A stretch of DNA of 64,000 nt from Sphyrna mokarran. Lineage: Eukaryota. Below, piece after piece: positions 26,045 to 39,525 of this stretch. Within the stretch, counting starts at the first letter, position 1; every line of letters starts with the position of its first letter. The stretch lies in assembly GCA_024679065.1 (NCBI GenBank), contig JAGIQG010000007.1:50344001-50408000 (forward strand), written 5' to 3'. The translations under genes were made by a program, and so were the position numbers. Below the pieces are notes generated by a model that worked only from the letters and a program-made list of their open reading frames with translations, was not told the DNA's origin and did no database searches.

Positions 26045-27774
26045 GTAGGTTATTTGTAGATGGAAGCACTTGTATTTTAAAAGCAATTTATTTTTATTGG
26101 GTGCATACGTGGAGCATCATATGCAAGATAATAGTTCTTAAAAAAAAGTTTATTGCATGCAAAGATTTCTCTAATCCTTGTAATTTATGTAGGCTTTGCC
26201 CCATTTATGAATAAAACAACTTCATACACAACGTAGCTGGTTGCATAATATAATTTAAAAGAAATATATAATATACCATCAATACAAAATTTTGTCCAAT
26301 AGGACTTCAGCCTCCAATCCAGTTTACTGCATGTTATCTGGTATTATCTTTTTCCTGTCAGAATATGCACATGTTTTTGAATTAATTAATTTTTTGCATT
26401 GGTGGATTGTTTTAACGTGCAGTTGGAAATGCTTTGGTTTCCTCCATTTCCTCTTGTTAATTTGCTTTTTGAGCTATATTTTTCATTTTTTATATAGCTT
26501 GACTGTGCTGTGGTCATCATTAATCCTACCCCTTTGAACTTTGTACGATCTAGTTTCTCTTTTGTTCTGTTTCGTTGTCTTTTTGCAGTATCCATGCCCC
26601 AGAATGTTTCTATTATGACTCTGAGCAGCTTCTCGTGGTGATGTTTATAAGTTTCCACTCAACAAGGATTTTTCAAAAGGTCATCTGCTTTATAGTTCTG
26701 GTCTCCTTGTCGTTTGTATCTGTTCTGTGTGTGCAGTGTTGTTAAATATGATTTAATTCCTGCTCTTTTTGGCATTATGGGGTTGCTGCAAATCTGTGGG
26801 TCTTTAAACCCTAGCAAGTGCTGGGATTCTTTTGACAGAAACATCTCTCAGGGTTTCAAGGAGATTCCATAATTTTTGGTAATTCATCTGAATGCTCACA
26901 TTGGATACATCTCTCGTGCCTAACAAATCCAGTGAAGGTGGAATAATTAGCATTGATCACTAGTGTATTCTCCCTTGTTTACCAGAGTATCTGAGAGTGC
27001 CTTGCATCCTGTGGCTCGTATTCATTCGTCTGCTCATTTAATGCACCATCTAGTTGGTGAGTCACAAACCAAGGCTTCATAAGGCCAACAGCTTGGGTGT
27101 TTTTTTTTGTCCCCTTTATTACACCTCCCCCACGTGTGATGCCTTCAGTTGAAGAGACTGTGTATGCCTTTACTGGATAAACAGGCACCAAAAGTTCAAA
27201 GGGGTAGGATTAATGATTAACTTATAAACTAAGAAATCTACACTCACCAGATACTGTCATCGTAAGGTGGAATTTCCATGTCTGTACGACAGTATAATGA
27301 AAGGATCTGCATAGGGCAGTATGTTGTATGCCAGCTACACATACGGCTTCCCATCACCAGTGATTTATTAGGAATTTTGACGGCCCTGAAGGTAGCTGGT
27401 TTCTCCAATGTCCTCTGACAGATCTTGCCTCCCTCTTTACATCTGCTTCTCCTTTTGCCCCACATGTTTTCCTTGTGCTGGGTCCTTAAACTCGTACTTG
27501 CTTCAGAGAAAACACTTCTGTTTGGACTCATGGGAATGCATTGTACACCATTACAAAGTATATCAGTCAATCAGTGATATTGTTGAACTGCTTGCTTTAC
27601 CACAATCTGATATCTTAACAGTTAGGTTGTTACTTGGAGTGTAACAGTTTGTATCTTATTAATATTACTTGTGATGGGCCTATTTAAAACATACAGTAAT
27701 GCACGAATCTATTTACAGCTTTAGACCTTAGTTGTTTTAGATAACTTGTGATGTTTGTTTGCTTTTTTTTGTAG

Positions 27775-27861
27775 GTCTGATGCCTTAGGGCAGATTCTTC
27801 CTCAGCTTGGCAAGGACTGGACCCACCCGGGGATCGCCAAACTTTATCATAAGATTCACGA
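27775..27861 (+). CDS. LPIN2: LPIN2 exon with LxxIL coactivator motif ([28 protein letters not shown])
   Basis: gtag|G...CACGA|gtatgt, 87 nt. Confidence 0.96.
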
Positions 27862-30104
27862 GTATGTCTAGCAATTGTAAATTAGCGAAGTATTTGTAAA
27901 AAGGTTGAATTTTTCCCCCTTCACCTTTGCAAGTTACTTTACTCCTTAGTGAGAAATGGCTTCATGGCACTGACTGCCCTGAAATGCTCTGCCCCAGTGA
28001 TCTTTATTTATTTAAGTCTTGACTGCTTACCCACTTGGAAAGCATAGCTAAATGTGATTTCGTCTGGCATCCAGAAATGCAAACTTTCAGAAGTGGCACT
28101 GGACAACGATCAGTTGTCCAGCTTGGCAGACTTTACTCTCTCTCACTCTGTCTCTCTTTGAGTGGCCTAATAAATATAGCATTGACCATGGACTAAATTT
28201 CTCATTTGTATGATTCAGCTATTCCCTGGATAAGCTAGTTAAATGATTCAAGAGTATTAAAAGTATTTATTGTGGCTATTGGAGAATAATGGAATTTTTG
28301 ACCCTCAACATTCCTGAGAGCTATGCTGATAACTCTAACAAATATAGAGGCCTGTTATATATCAAATCATTATGCTTCTATATTTTAACATCATATTTTG
28401 AAAGAGAGCTGGTCCTAATTTTGTTTGCTGTAACAGGTGGGTGAATGGAAATCTTAAGTTACCTGATAATATCAGTATCCTTCCAACATTCACTTGCCAT
28501 TATATTCTGATTGCAAAACAAATAGAAACCACTTAAACTGCAAGCTTTCAGCCTATTATTTCCAATGAACAGATCGTTTTGGCTGCCATCTGGTTGAGAT
28601 TCAGGAAACATTGCCATTATTCATTTGGTTTTGTTAAATCGTTGAGGACAGTTTTAATTTGTTTTCTACGTCTGATTGTTTTGAGCTGGAATTGCACCTC
28701 TGGCAGCAAGCATAGCAACATTAAAGCTATGGTGGAAAGTGTGGCTTATTCATGACTAAATGTTGGACAAGCAATCTGATAGTAAGGAGCAATATAGGTG
28801 TAAAGAAAAATGGCAAAGTAGTATTGTCAGCATACATGTGGAATCTGACCCTATGTCTGTACCTAATATCTTTGTAGGACAGTAGATAAAGGAGAGAGCT
28901 AAGGATGATTCACTAAGTTCTCTGGTTGTAATGGATGAGAAGAGAAAGCATTGCTGGAGATAGAAATGAATGGGACTAAGCTGAAGCAGTTTCGTGATCT
29001 GGACTATAGAGGAAAGCCATTTGAATGAGATGGTGTTGGCACATCAATGATTATAAACAGGACATTCTTGTTTGCAAATTCCACTGTTGCCTTGCCTCTC
29101 CCTGTCTTATCTCTTCAAACCTAAGACTTTTCATTTGTGTTCCTTCAGTTCAGATCTATTGAGCGTCCACAATTTTAATTGATTCATCATTAGACAGTCA
29201 TGCCATCAGCTGCCAAGTCCTTAAGCTCTGAAATTCTTTCCCTGAATCTGTCTCCTTCCTCCTTATTCTATCCTCCTCAAATAATACCTGATTGTTCTAA
29301 TACCTCCTCGTGTGGCTTGATTTTGTTGAATAACTTCGTTATGAAAGCCCTTGGAATGTGTTAAGCGGACTGTATAAATAATAGTAATAAAGAAGACATG
29401 CAAAAATATCTGCAGTTCCAAGAACTTCAGTGTTTGTTGAAAAAAATTGAACCCAAATCCATTTGCCAATTAAATTCAAACTTTGTTCTAGACCACTTAC
29501 AATGGAAGCAGTTGGGTTTTCAAAACTGAATGTTTACATGAGGAATTTTGATTATTGATATATTAAAACATGGATTGTTGTTGTTGCATTATAAAATATA
29601 GAATTTTGGCACATTTTAACATTGTCTATTTTTGGTGAACTAATCATTTAGCAGTCAGTGATGGTGTGAATAGCAGGGTCAATAACATACGCTGTATAAC
29701 TACAAGATCAAACAATATTAATGTTTTAACTGTCTATAACAAAACTAACATCTCTTGTGGTCGTGGCATCCCAGGATGTTTCCCAAAGGGCAGTCCTTGA
29801 TTTTCCAGAAGGGGGCAAAAATAAGTTTAAAAATAACTATTTCAAGACTTGTTTTGCATAAAACATCTGGTTGTTCTCTTTAACTAGGAGATGGGATATA
29901 TGAAGATGTTGTTTGTCTTGAGCATAATGCTGCCACCCCCACCCTTGCCAGTGCTTTGCATTTTCGCACTGCCTTTACAGTGAAGAACTGTAGCTCCAGT
30001 AGCATGGCCAAAGCAGTTGGGAAAAGCCAAAACTCCAGTTTCCTCTAGGTATCATTTGGGAACAAAGTGTGTAAATAAAACATTAAATAATAAGTAACCT
30101 TTGC

Positions 30105-30357
30105 ATAGGAGATTTAGACAAGGATCCAGAGGGGCAATTATTTCAGAGAGTGGTGAATGCTTGGAACAAACTGCCAGAGACAGTAGTAGAAGCGGGTACA
30201 ATTTTGTATTTTAAAAAGTGTTTGGACAGTTATATGGGTAAGATGGGTTTAGAGGGACATGAGTAATTGGGACTAGGTTAGTAGCTTTAAAAAAGGGGAC
30301 AGCATAGACTAGTGGGCTGAAGGGCCTATTTCCATGCTGTAAACCTCTGACTCTATA
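30105..30357 (+). mobile_element. CR1 3' end fragment
   Basis: cagagagtggtgaatgcttggaac...gggctgaagggcctatttccatgctgta. Confidence 0.8.
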
Positions 30358-30454
30358 ACTAACTGAGATTTACAGGTTGTTTAAACATAGTGCAAAGATG
30401 TATATTAATTATCTACCATGTGGTGATGCTTATTGTTCTCTGCTGTTTGCTTAA

Positions 30455-30625
<171 letters not shown>

Positions 30626-32174
30626 TAAATAAGGAAATATTTTTACAGTTGCATGACAAAAGTTATTTCATTAGCTGTTTAAAAAGATAGCATTTTGATG
30701 CTGGTTAGAATGCTGCCAATGAAATGTAGGCTGAGTCTCCCAGATTGCCAGCAAGTCCAACTGGCAGGGCTGAAGGTGAGTAGCAACTCGTCATTGGCAA
30801 ATGGCAGCTCCCAAGGTGGCATGTTCCTGTCGGCACTCAATTAACAATGGGAAATTACACCTGGACCAAGAGCTGTTGGTCCAATTAGAGAGCCAACAAC
30901 TCAGCTGTCTCACTGGGCCATTGCTGAGTGCAAGGCACCTCAGTGGCATTGAGGAAGAAGAAGCAGCCCAGGTTAAGGTAGATTGCAGGATGCTGAAGCC
31001 AGGTGCCTCTGTGGTTATTGGAGTATTTGTAAAGGTAACCCCTTCCTCATCCCAACCCCAGAACCCACTGGGCGGTCACCATCACATGGGCAAGAGGAGG
31101 TAAAAGTGACCTTAAGTCTCCCGAAGGCATCTGTTGAGGTGTTGTCGAATATTGAGTGGTGTCCATAGACATACCCCACCTCCCAAGTTCAGAGAGCTTT
31201 GTTTGAGTGTTTAGCATCCCAGTTGTTTTCACTGAAGTTTATCAAGGCAAAATAAAGTAGCTTTGCAGCACAGAGTACTGGAAGCTTTCGGATGTCCAGC
31301 TAGTTCCACGTACTGAGGCATTGGTTTTGAACGTGATAAAAGATCTTGGCTAAACAGGAAGCATAGTGGCTACCCACAGTTAGGCTGATCAGACATCATA
31401 GAAACATCTAAAGTAGGAGCAGGATTTGATCATTTGGCCTTGAAGCCTGCTCCACCATTCAATATTATCATGATTGATCCTTTCTCAACACCATGCTCTT
31501 GCAATTTCCTCTTACCTTTTGACACCAAAAGCAACATCAGCATTGTCCTAGAATACCAAAGAACTGTTAGCTGGTTTAGATGTTGGATTACTGAGTCTGC
31601 CACCGTGGGTCTGAATTTCTGTTCCAAACCTGATTATCGAGGAGCTGCCCCCAACCCCAAAGGTACCTCTGCAGATGACCACTAAGTGGTATTTAATTTT
31701 GTTCTATATAATGCTACTGGGATGTTTCATTATGTTAAAGGCTACATGCACTATTTATATGCAACCTTTTAAAAATGGAATTAAGATTGCATTTATTTAG
31801 GATAATTTTGAATTAACTTTACCAAGTTTTAAAGATCAATTTAAATAAGTAACATTTTCACTGTCTGTTACGGGCAGCTGGAGTTTGATCTGTCTAATGG
31901 CAGAATTCCAGACCAATCATTTGACCAGTACATCTTTTTCGTAAGTAGGAGCAACAGACCAATATCTATCTGTCTTTATGTTGCTAGCAATGGCAAGAAT
32001 GAGAGCTATGTTCAGAGACTAGGGAAGATTGCTGGTAGGTACTGTGTACAATGGGAAATTGTTTAGCAACGTGTACTTGATTTAACAATGCATTATTAAA
32101 TAGTCAACATTTTGGGTAAAACAATGCATTATGTGGCAATGTTTTAGTCTGACATTATACCTATCTGGTTGCAG

Positions 32175-32289
32175 GGAAGTAATAGAGAAGAAACCAGAAA
32201 AATTTAAGATTGAATGTTTAAATGACATCAAAAATTTATTTACTGTTTACAACCAGCCTTTCTACGCTGCTTTTGGGAACCGACCGAAT
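32175..32289 (+). CDS. LPIN2: LPIN2 exon ([22 protein letters not shown]...[11 protein letters not shown])
   Basis: gcag|G...AAT|gtaagt, 115 nt. Confidence 0.96.
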
Positions 32290-32401
32290 GTAAGTACCTG
32301 GCAAACTTGACTATTTAATATTTATTACTGCAGAGATTGAATGTTATTTCATAGACAGGAGGGGGTTTAACTTAAACAGCCATGATTTCTGCTTCCGCCA
32401 G

Positions 32402-33315
32402 CCATCGTCAAACATGAGTGGAAAGGTGAGTGGAAAAGCGAATTGCATGGAGGGCGTGGAAAGTCTGCAGAGAGATCTGGATTGACTAAGTGAGTGGACG
32501 AGGACCTGGCAGATGGAGTATAACTTCAGCAAATGTGAGGTTATCCACTTTGGTAGAAATAATAGAAAGGATTATTATTTAAAGGGTGAAAAGCTGCAGA
32601 TGATACAGTGCAGAGGGACCTGGGGGTCCTTGTGCACGAATCGCAGAAACCCAGTCTGCAGGTGCAGCAGGTGATCAGGAAAGTGAATAGAATGTTGGCC
32701 TTTATAGCAAGGAGGATAGAATACTGAAGCAGGGAGGTCTTGCTGCAACTTTACAGGGCACTGATGAGGCCACAACTGGAATACGGTGTGCAGTTTTGGT
32801 CCCCTTATGAAAGAATATATTGGCCTTGGAGGGAGTACAGAGAAGGTACCGGCTGATACCAGAAATGAGAAGGTTAGCTTATGAAGAGAGATTGAATGGG
32901 TCTGTACTCATTAGAGTTTAGAAGGCTGAGGGGGGATCTTACAGAGACATGTAAGTAATGAAGGGGCTAGATAGGTAGAGAAAGATTCTTCCCGCCTAGA
33001 AAGGAAAACAGAATTGGAGAGCACAGTCTCTCAAAATGGGGCGGGGGGGGGGTGTGCAGTTTAGAACAGAATTGAGCAGGAACTTCTTCACTCAAAGGGT
33101 GGTGAATCTTTGGAATTCTCTGCCCATTGAAGTGGTGGAGGCTACCTCGTTGAATATATTTAAGTCAAGGATAGATAGATTTCTGATAGACAAGGGAATT
33201 AAGGGGTTAATGGGGAGAAAGTGGAACTGATCCACTTCAGATCAGCCATGATCTTATTGAATGGCGGGGCAGGCTCAAAGGGCTAGATGGCCTACCCCTA
33301 TTTCTTATGTTCTTA
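32402..33315 (+). mobile_element. CR1 LINE 3' fragment
   Basis: Encodes LQRDLD..W..WQMEYN..KCEVIHFG and FFTQRVVNLWNSLP; ends in tttcttatgttctta. Confidence 0.9.
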
Positions 33316-34437
33316 AATGTTTTGCTTTGGATTCACCTTCTCCTCTAACATGCCCCCTCCCCCCAAATAAGTGGTCACGTATTTCCTAATCCCTCAAATT
33401 TACTATGATCCAATTTCTATTAATAATTCCACAACAAACTCATGGTAGGATGAGCAACAAATTATATATTTTATACACACGCAAATGTGGGAGAAGATAA
33501 GAATATAGACCTTCCTTTCATCCGTACAGTGAAAGAGTAAAAACTACAGAAAAAAATTGTTTCACGTGTCCAAAGACCAGAATTGAAGTCCAATGATATG
33601 TTCCTTCACAGTGGTTGGCAGGTTGAAAACCAAAGCTGGATAATTCAATTTTCTAGTAGAGATGGCTTCCATGATGAGATAAGCACACGGAGATTAATTC
33701 ATCTTGTCGGTGATGGTTCATAAATTCCAGAGTAACACTAAATGAGCCAAGCATTCAGTTCTGCGTAAAGCCCCTTTTCTCTTTGATAGATGGGAAAATG
33801 GCAGATGTACTTTGCAGCTTCAAGGCAAGATTACAGATTCCACTGGCAAGGGGAGTCATGTCACGTGACCTGCACCTCCACTTTGGTTTTGACAAAGGGT
33901 GTATAATACACAAAAAGAATGTATATACTCTGTTTGCCTGGGTTCCTGACATTGTTAATATTTCAAAGTTTTACTACAAATTGAGTCCTTTGTCCTAACA
34001 GATGAATCAGCTCTGGTTGGCCTGGCCTAGTTTATGCAATCCAGATGGCCTTTGAATCATTCCCTTTGAATTTGGTCTCGGCAGCCCACAGGAATCATTA
34101 ACATTTCTTTTGAGATAATGAGATGAGACTTACTGGGATATTGCCAAATAGCCCTTTTGTTCAGGATCCCAGATTGCCATAGCATTACCCTTTTTTAAAA
34201 AAAATTGAGTTTTAAAATTTTAGAAATTAGCCGTGAGGGTATAAATAGTGAGAAGTTTTAGCCTATTATATCTTAACTACTTCAAAAAATGTATAATTGT
34301 TAAAAAATTGAAATAAAAATGTGTTTTTGCTCTCCAGATTTGTAATTGATAGCGCTAAGTAAATTTTGTCTTGAATGAAAAATATTGTGCAGAACAAAAT
34401 TTTATGCCTTTTTTGACTTTCAACTTGCTTTTTTTAG

Positions 34438-34541
34438 GATGTTTGTGCCTACCAACAAGTAGGAGTTCCAGATTACAGAATTTTTACAGTAAATCCGAAA
34501 GGCGAACTGATACAGGAGCAAATCAAGGGCAATAAATCTTC
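34438..34541 (+). CDS. LPIN2: LPIN2 exon ([34 protein letters not shown])
   Basis: ttag|GAT...TC|gtgagt, 104 nt. Confidence 0.96.
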
Positions 34542-34639
34542 GTGAGTATTTTGATTAATGGAATTCCTGAGTTACTCCCATAGTGTGGATTATCTTTATC
34601 CAAGTACAAGAGAAACTCCAATTTGGAAAATAATGATCT

Positions 34640-35360
34640 GCAACTTGATTTGATTTATTATTGTCACATGTATCAGTATACAGTAAAAAAAAAAATTGTT
34701 TCTTGCACGCTATACAGACAAAGTATACTGTATATAGGAAAGGAGGGGGTGCAGAATGAAGTGCTAGTCACAATTAGGTTATTGAGAAAGATGAACTTAA
34801 TGAGGTAGGTCCATTCAAAAGTCTGATGGCAGCAGGGAAAGAAATTTCTTAAGTTGGCTAGTACGTGATCTCAGATCTTTGTATCTTTTTCCCAATTGAA
34901 GAAGTTGGAAGAGAGTATGCCCAGGGTACATGAGGGCCTTGATTATGCTGGCTTCTTTTTAGAGACAGCGGGAAATGTAGGTAGAGTCAATAGTTGGAAG
35001 ACTGGTTTGCGTGGTGGGCTAGGCTTTGTTCACAACCTTTTGTAGTTTTTGGATCTTGGACAAAGCATGAGCCATACCAAGTTGTTATGCAATCAGAATG
35101 CTTTCCATGCATCTGTAAAAGTTGTTGAGTTGTAGTGGGCATGCCAAATTTCATTAGTCTCCTGAGAAAGTAAAGGCATTGGTGGAGTTTCTTAACTGTA
35201 GTGTTGGCGTGGATGGACCAGGGCAAGTTGTTGATCTGGACACCTAGAACCTTGAAGCTGTCGACCATTTCCACTTCATCCCCGTTAATGTAGATAGGAA
35301 CATGTCCTCCACTATGCTTCCTGAAGTCAATAACTATATCCTTTGTTTTGCTGATGTTAA
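34640..35360 (-). mobile_element. Rex1/Babar-type LINE 3' fragment
   Basis: ORF 34987-35370 NISKTKDIVIDFRK..VDSFKVLGV..LYFLRRL matches the Rex1-type RT C-terminal pattern. Confidence 0.75.
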
Positions 35361-37180
35361 TTGCCATCACATTGCATTTCTGAAGTTTATAATATTAAAG
35401 TTCCTTACATATATAGAATTATCTAATTGTAATATTGAAATAATGACTGTGACTAACCTTGCTAATGTAGCTTTTTTATAGGGAGGGGTGTATGTATTAT
35501 TTGCTCCTCGCAGTCATAACTCCATGTCTATTCTATTTGTTTTGCTTATGTTTTAACTCCCCACCCTCCACTCCTGATTCTGCATCAGTGCATATGAAAA
35601 ATAATTCTAAATTTGTGTGAGCTGCATATGCCAAAACTCCACAGCCCCTAATGCCTACACTTGCAAAATGATTTTTCCATTGGGCTTACTATCTTACTGG
35701 TGTGCAATTGCTTTGTCCTTTGCTGCAGTGATGCACTTCAATTCTTGCTGCCTTCCAAATTGATGCTCCAATGTAACCCCCACAATGTTTAAGTCTCACA
35801 TCTCCTTCTTTCTCACAAATGCTCTGTTCGTTTAACTGTCTCAAATACAAGCATATAAAATGTTGGGTAGCAAGAAAGATTTGTGTTTATTGATTACCTT
35901 TCATAACAAATGGACGTTCCAAACTACTGTACAGTTAACTTTTTTAAATTTTAATTACCATTGTAGTATACAAAAAATGACAAATTGCATATAGCAAATT
36001 CCACAAACACAACTGTGTTCATGACTGAAATAGGCAACCTTGTCCTTTTCATGAAGGAATAGATATTGGTCAAGACAACAGTGATAATCTCCTGCATTTT
36101 GATCTTCTACATTCACCTAGGACAAGTGGGGCCTCACATTAATATTTCACCTGAAAGATGGCACATTCAACATTGCAGCTAGGCTGGAATGCCAGCCTAG
36201 ATTGGTGTATGCAAGTCTTATGGGTTGAAATGATATCTGAGTTGGTAAATGTGATTAGAACAATTTGCTCGCATGGAGGGAGAGTACTGATGTAAACTGA
36301 GCCAAATGGCCTTTGTTGTTCTTAGTTCACTGCAAACCTGAGAACCCTGCCTCCTATGAAATACTTTCATTGTCTAGATGAGGATAACCGGGATCATTGT
36401 TACTTCAAACATAAAAATATGAAAGTTGTTAGAGGTACCCCCACTGTGCTGTAACAATCCTCATCAATAGACTCAACACTAAAATCAATTCAGTGGCGTG
36501 AAGTTAGGATTGTTGCTTATAGTTTCCCACCAAAATCCTGAAAGTGTTAAGGTTAGTGAATTCTGGTGTAAGTGAATGAGTAATGCCTTCATAATTAACA
36601 AGCAGCCCTTCTGGCCCTTGCAAGTTTAATATTTCATTACTTTGAAAGTTACCATATGTTGAAGATTTTTAAATAAAAATTTCTCATCTCTTGATTCTTT
36701 TTCTTTTTCAATCTTTATTTTGCTTTATATATCTTATGATTTAGACTTGCATGTTACAGCAAGGATTCTGCAGTCTGGTTGAAGAGCCTTGCTGTTTCTT
36801 GTCATGATTGCACACAATGCTAGTGCTCTGTAGTGTGCTGTTCTGGATCAGACACCAGAGTTAAGAAACTTTATGGGCAACTCTTCTTTTTCTGTCTTCC
36901 CCCACCCATTTGAGTGAGTTTTCCACATAGACAGAGAAGGATTCCTTCATATTTGGGCAGTGCAGTTGGAGCACACCAAAGCACTACTCTGGCACCTGGG
37001 CCACAACTGTCTCCTGCTCCAGGCCCCTTACTTACTGATTTCTCTCTAGTTTGTTGCTGATAGGAGTAAACCAGCCTGATGGGATCTGAGCAGCTTAACT
37101 GCATTTTGAAATGCCCATCAGATGAATATCCAGGTTCAAAGGGCCACATCGAGTTTATAAGTCTGCTTGAAATTGAAGGT

Positions 37181-37348
37181 AAGAATTTAGCAACACCAAT
37201 TTTAAATCCAACCGATTTATTTGATAGTAAAATTGCGAGCTATTTTACTATCAAATAAATCGGTTGGATTTAAAATTGGTGTTGCTAAATTCTTACTGAG
37301 TTCTTACTACCCCAGTCCAACGCCGGCATCTTTACATCATGACTACTA
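37181..37348 (-). mobile_element. Second copy of the fold-back insertion with 14-bp TSD
   Basis: Perfect 55-bp arms at 37179-37233 and 37242-37296; TSD ttgaaattgaaggt at 37167-37180 and 37349-37362. Confidence 0.88.
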
Positions 37349-39380
37349 TTGAAATTGAAGGTGCCAGAGCAGTGCTTTGGTGTACTTGGGCAGAACTGGC
37401 AGGAATCCTTCATTTATGTGGAAAACTTGCTCAAATCTGTATGTAACAATTCATCCAACTATATGGCTGATTCAAGTTGTGCATAGCTGGCCATAGATAA
37501 AATTGGGAATGGGGTGGTTAAAGGAGCATCACATACATCCAGTGTATGTTACATCTATCATGCAACAGCTCATTACTCTTGCAGAAGTCGAGTAAGTGAT
37601 TTTTTTAACTTTACTTTGGAGCAGGGCTGTCTGGCCAGTAATAATTTGTTCACTTATTATAAGTAGTGCTCCCACAGATCCATTTAAAATCTCTGGTTCC
37701 TTTGTGAAACTTCATAAAATCAACTAGAAATACAATGTGAAGTCTCATCATATGTACGTTCTATAAATGGAACTACGTATTTTTGTCTAATTCTATCATT
37801 GGCTGAGCATTTTGAATCCAGTAATTTTACATAAGCTATCCTTTTTAACATTATTTTCATTTTGTGCTGTGTTTTAAATCTACTACTCTTTTATATTTAT
37901 TCCAAAGTGCACCCTTTACTGCTCTCCTATTTGGTACTCTGACACATTGCTTTTCCTCAATACTTGCTTCCCCTACCTTTTTCTCCCCAAGATTTCATTC
38001 TGCAAACTATTCGCTTCCCACATTCCTGTTGACTGAGTATCTAACAATCCAAAACGTTTGCCTTCCCATCGACTGTCTTTTGTCTACTATTTGCTACCCT
38101 CTCTTATGAACGTTACCTATGGAATGCTCTAAACTTACTTAGTACTCTCGATACCAGTTATTTCTATCTTTCCTACAATGTCCTCCCAATAACCACTTAA
38201 TCCAGTCTTTCAAGTACTATCAACAGTACTACCTATTTCTTCACTGTTCACCTATGCTCCATTACTTAGTACTGTACCCAACTGCCTTTATTTTCCCCAA
38301 AATTTTGAATATTCACACACAATAATTCCATTCTTCCTAACATTCCTCTTCTGAGGAGGTGCTCCACTACAATTTCTTCACTTTCTGCCTAAAACAAATT
38401 CCCTGGTCCCTTTCTCGTGGGTTTTTTCTGGCATCAGACCAAATTCCAAGTATCCTAATTTACACACTAAATCTGTCTAGCGATTCCTAAGAGGTGGTAC
38501 TGCCTTTGTCGCATTTCGCAGCAGTTGTCTTCTGAAGAATACTAGCAGAGGGGCTGGATATACGTAAGGTAGTGGTGATTGGTAAGTCACACAATCAAAA
38601 AGCATGACATGAGACAGGGAAACTCTCATGATTTCACAGCGGACAGATGCATAGCAAACTGTTACTGAACTAAAATCGTAAATTCGATGTTTTGTTTATA
38701 CTGATGGACTTGTGCTGATCTGATCCTGACTGGGGCAGTAAGTCTGTCTTATGCCTTGAGTGCAATGTTAAATATTTAACCACGATAGATGCTTCTAATT
38801 ATTTATTCTGTGATTTTCAAATTCCTTTATGGGACATGCCCATCACTGGCTAGCCCCTTAACTTTCAGCTGTCCTAGAGAAGTTAATAGATGTCCAGTCT
38901 GTGTCAAGGCTGGTATGGGTCATATTCAGTTTGTACCTCCTTTTACCTTCTCTCAAACCATGGAAAGAGTAGCCTGGAAAGGTTTCTGGCTTATTGGTAT
39001 GTGAATAAACACTTCAGTATGGTAAAGGAAAGATGTCTACTTTTGAAATTCCAGTCCCTTCCAGAAGGAGGTTTCTTGAGGGGGGAGTTAGGGAAGGTAT
39101 TAAAGATACTTAAGCAACTTCATAAACAAAGTGCTTTTTTTATAATTTTGTGCAAGAGTGAGATAATGCTTTTTCTTCAGTTGATGTTTAACTGACTTCC
39201 TATTTATCTCCATTACTCACAACCTGACTCTCATTCATGCAGCATGTTTATTTTGCTTTCTAGCTAAGTGAAAAGTCATTAATAAAGATTTATGGTTATC
39301 AGGTTTTCCATCGAAATGTTCAGCTGCCCATTCAAGAAGAGCCAGCTCTCCTCTAATTGTAATTATTTTCTGATTTAAAG

Positions 39381-39525
39381 GTACCTTCGGCTGAGTGAGC
39401 TTGTTGAACATGTCTTCCCTTTGCTTAGTCAAGAGCAATGTTCAGCTTTCGTTTATCCTGAATACAGCCATTTCAACTACTGGCGAGACTTGCTGCCAAC
39501 TATCAGTATGGAAGAGTTGAACTAA
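39381..39525 (+). CDS. LPIN2: LPIN2 terminal coding exon ([15 protein letters not shown]...[16 protein letters not shown])
   Basis: aaag|G..., stop TAA at 39523-39525. Confidence 0.95.

Noticed and set aside
37860-38620. Strongly strand-skewed (pyrimidine-rich +) block and a KVVVIGKS peptide
   Set aside because: No sustained ORF or recognisable domain; probably decayed retroelement sequence that I cannot classify.
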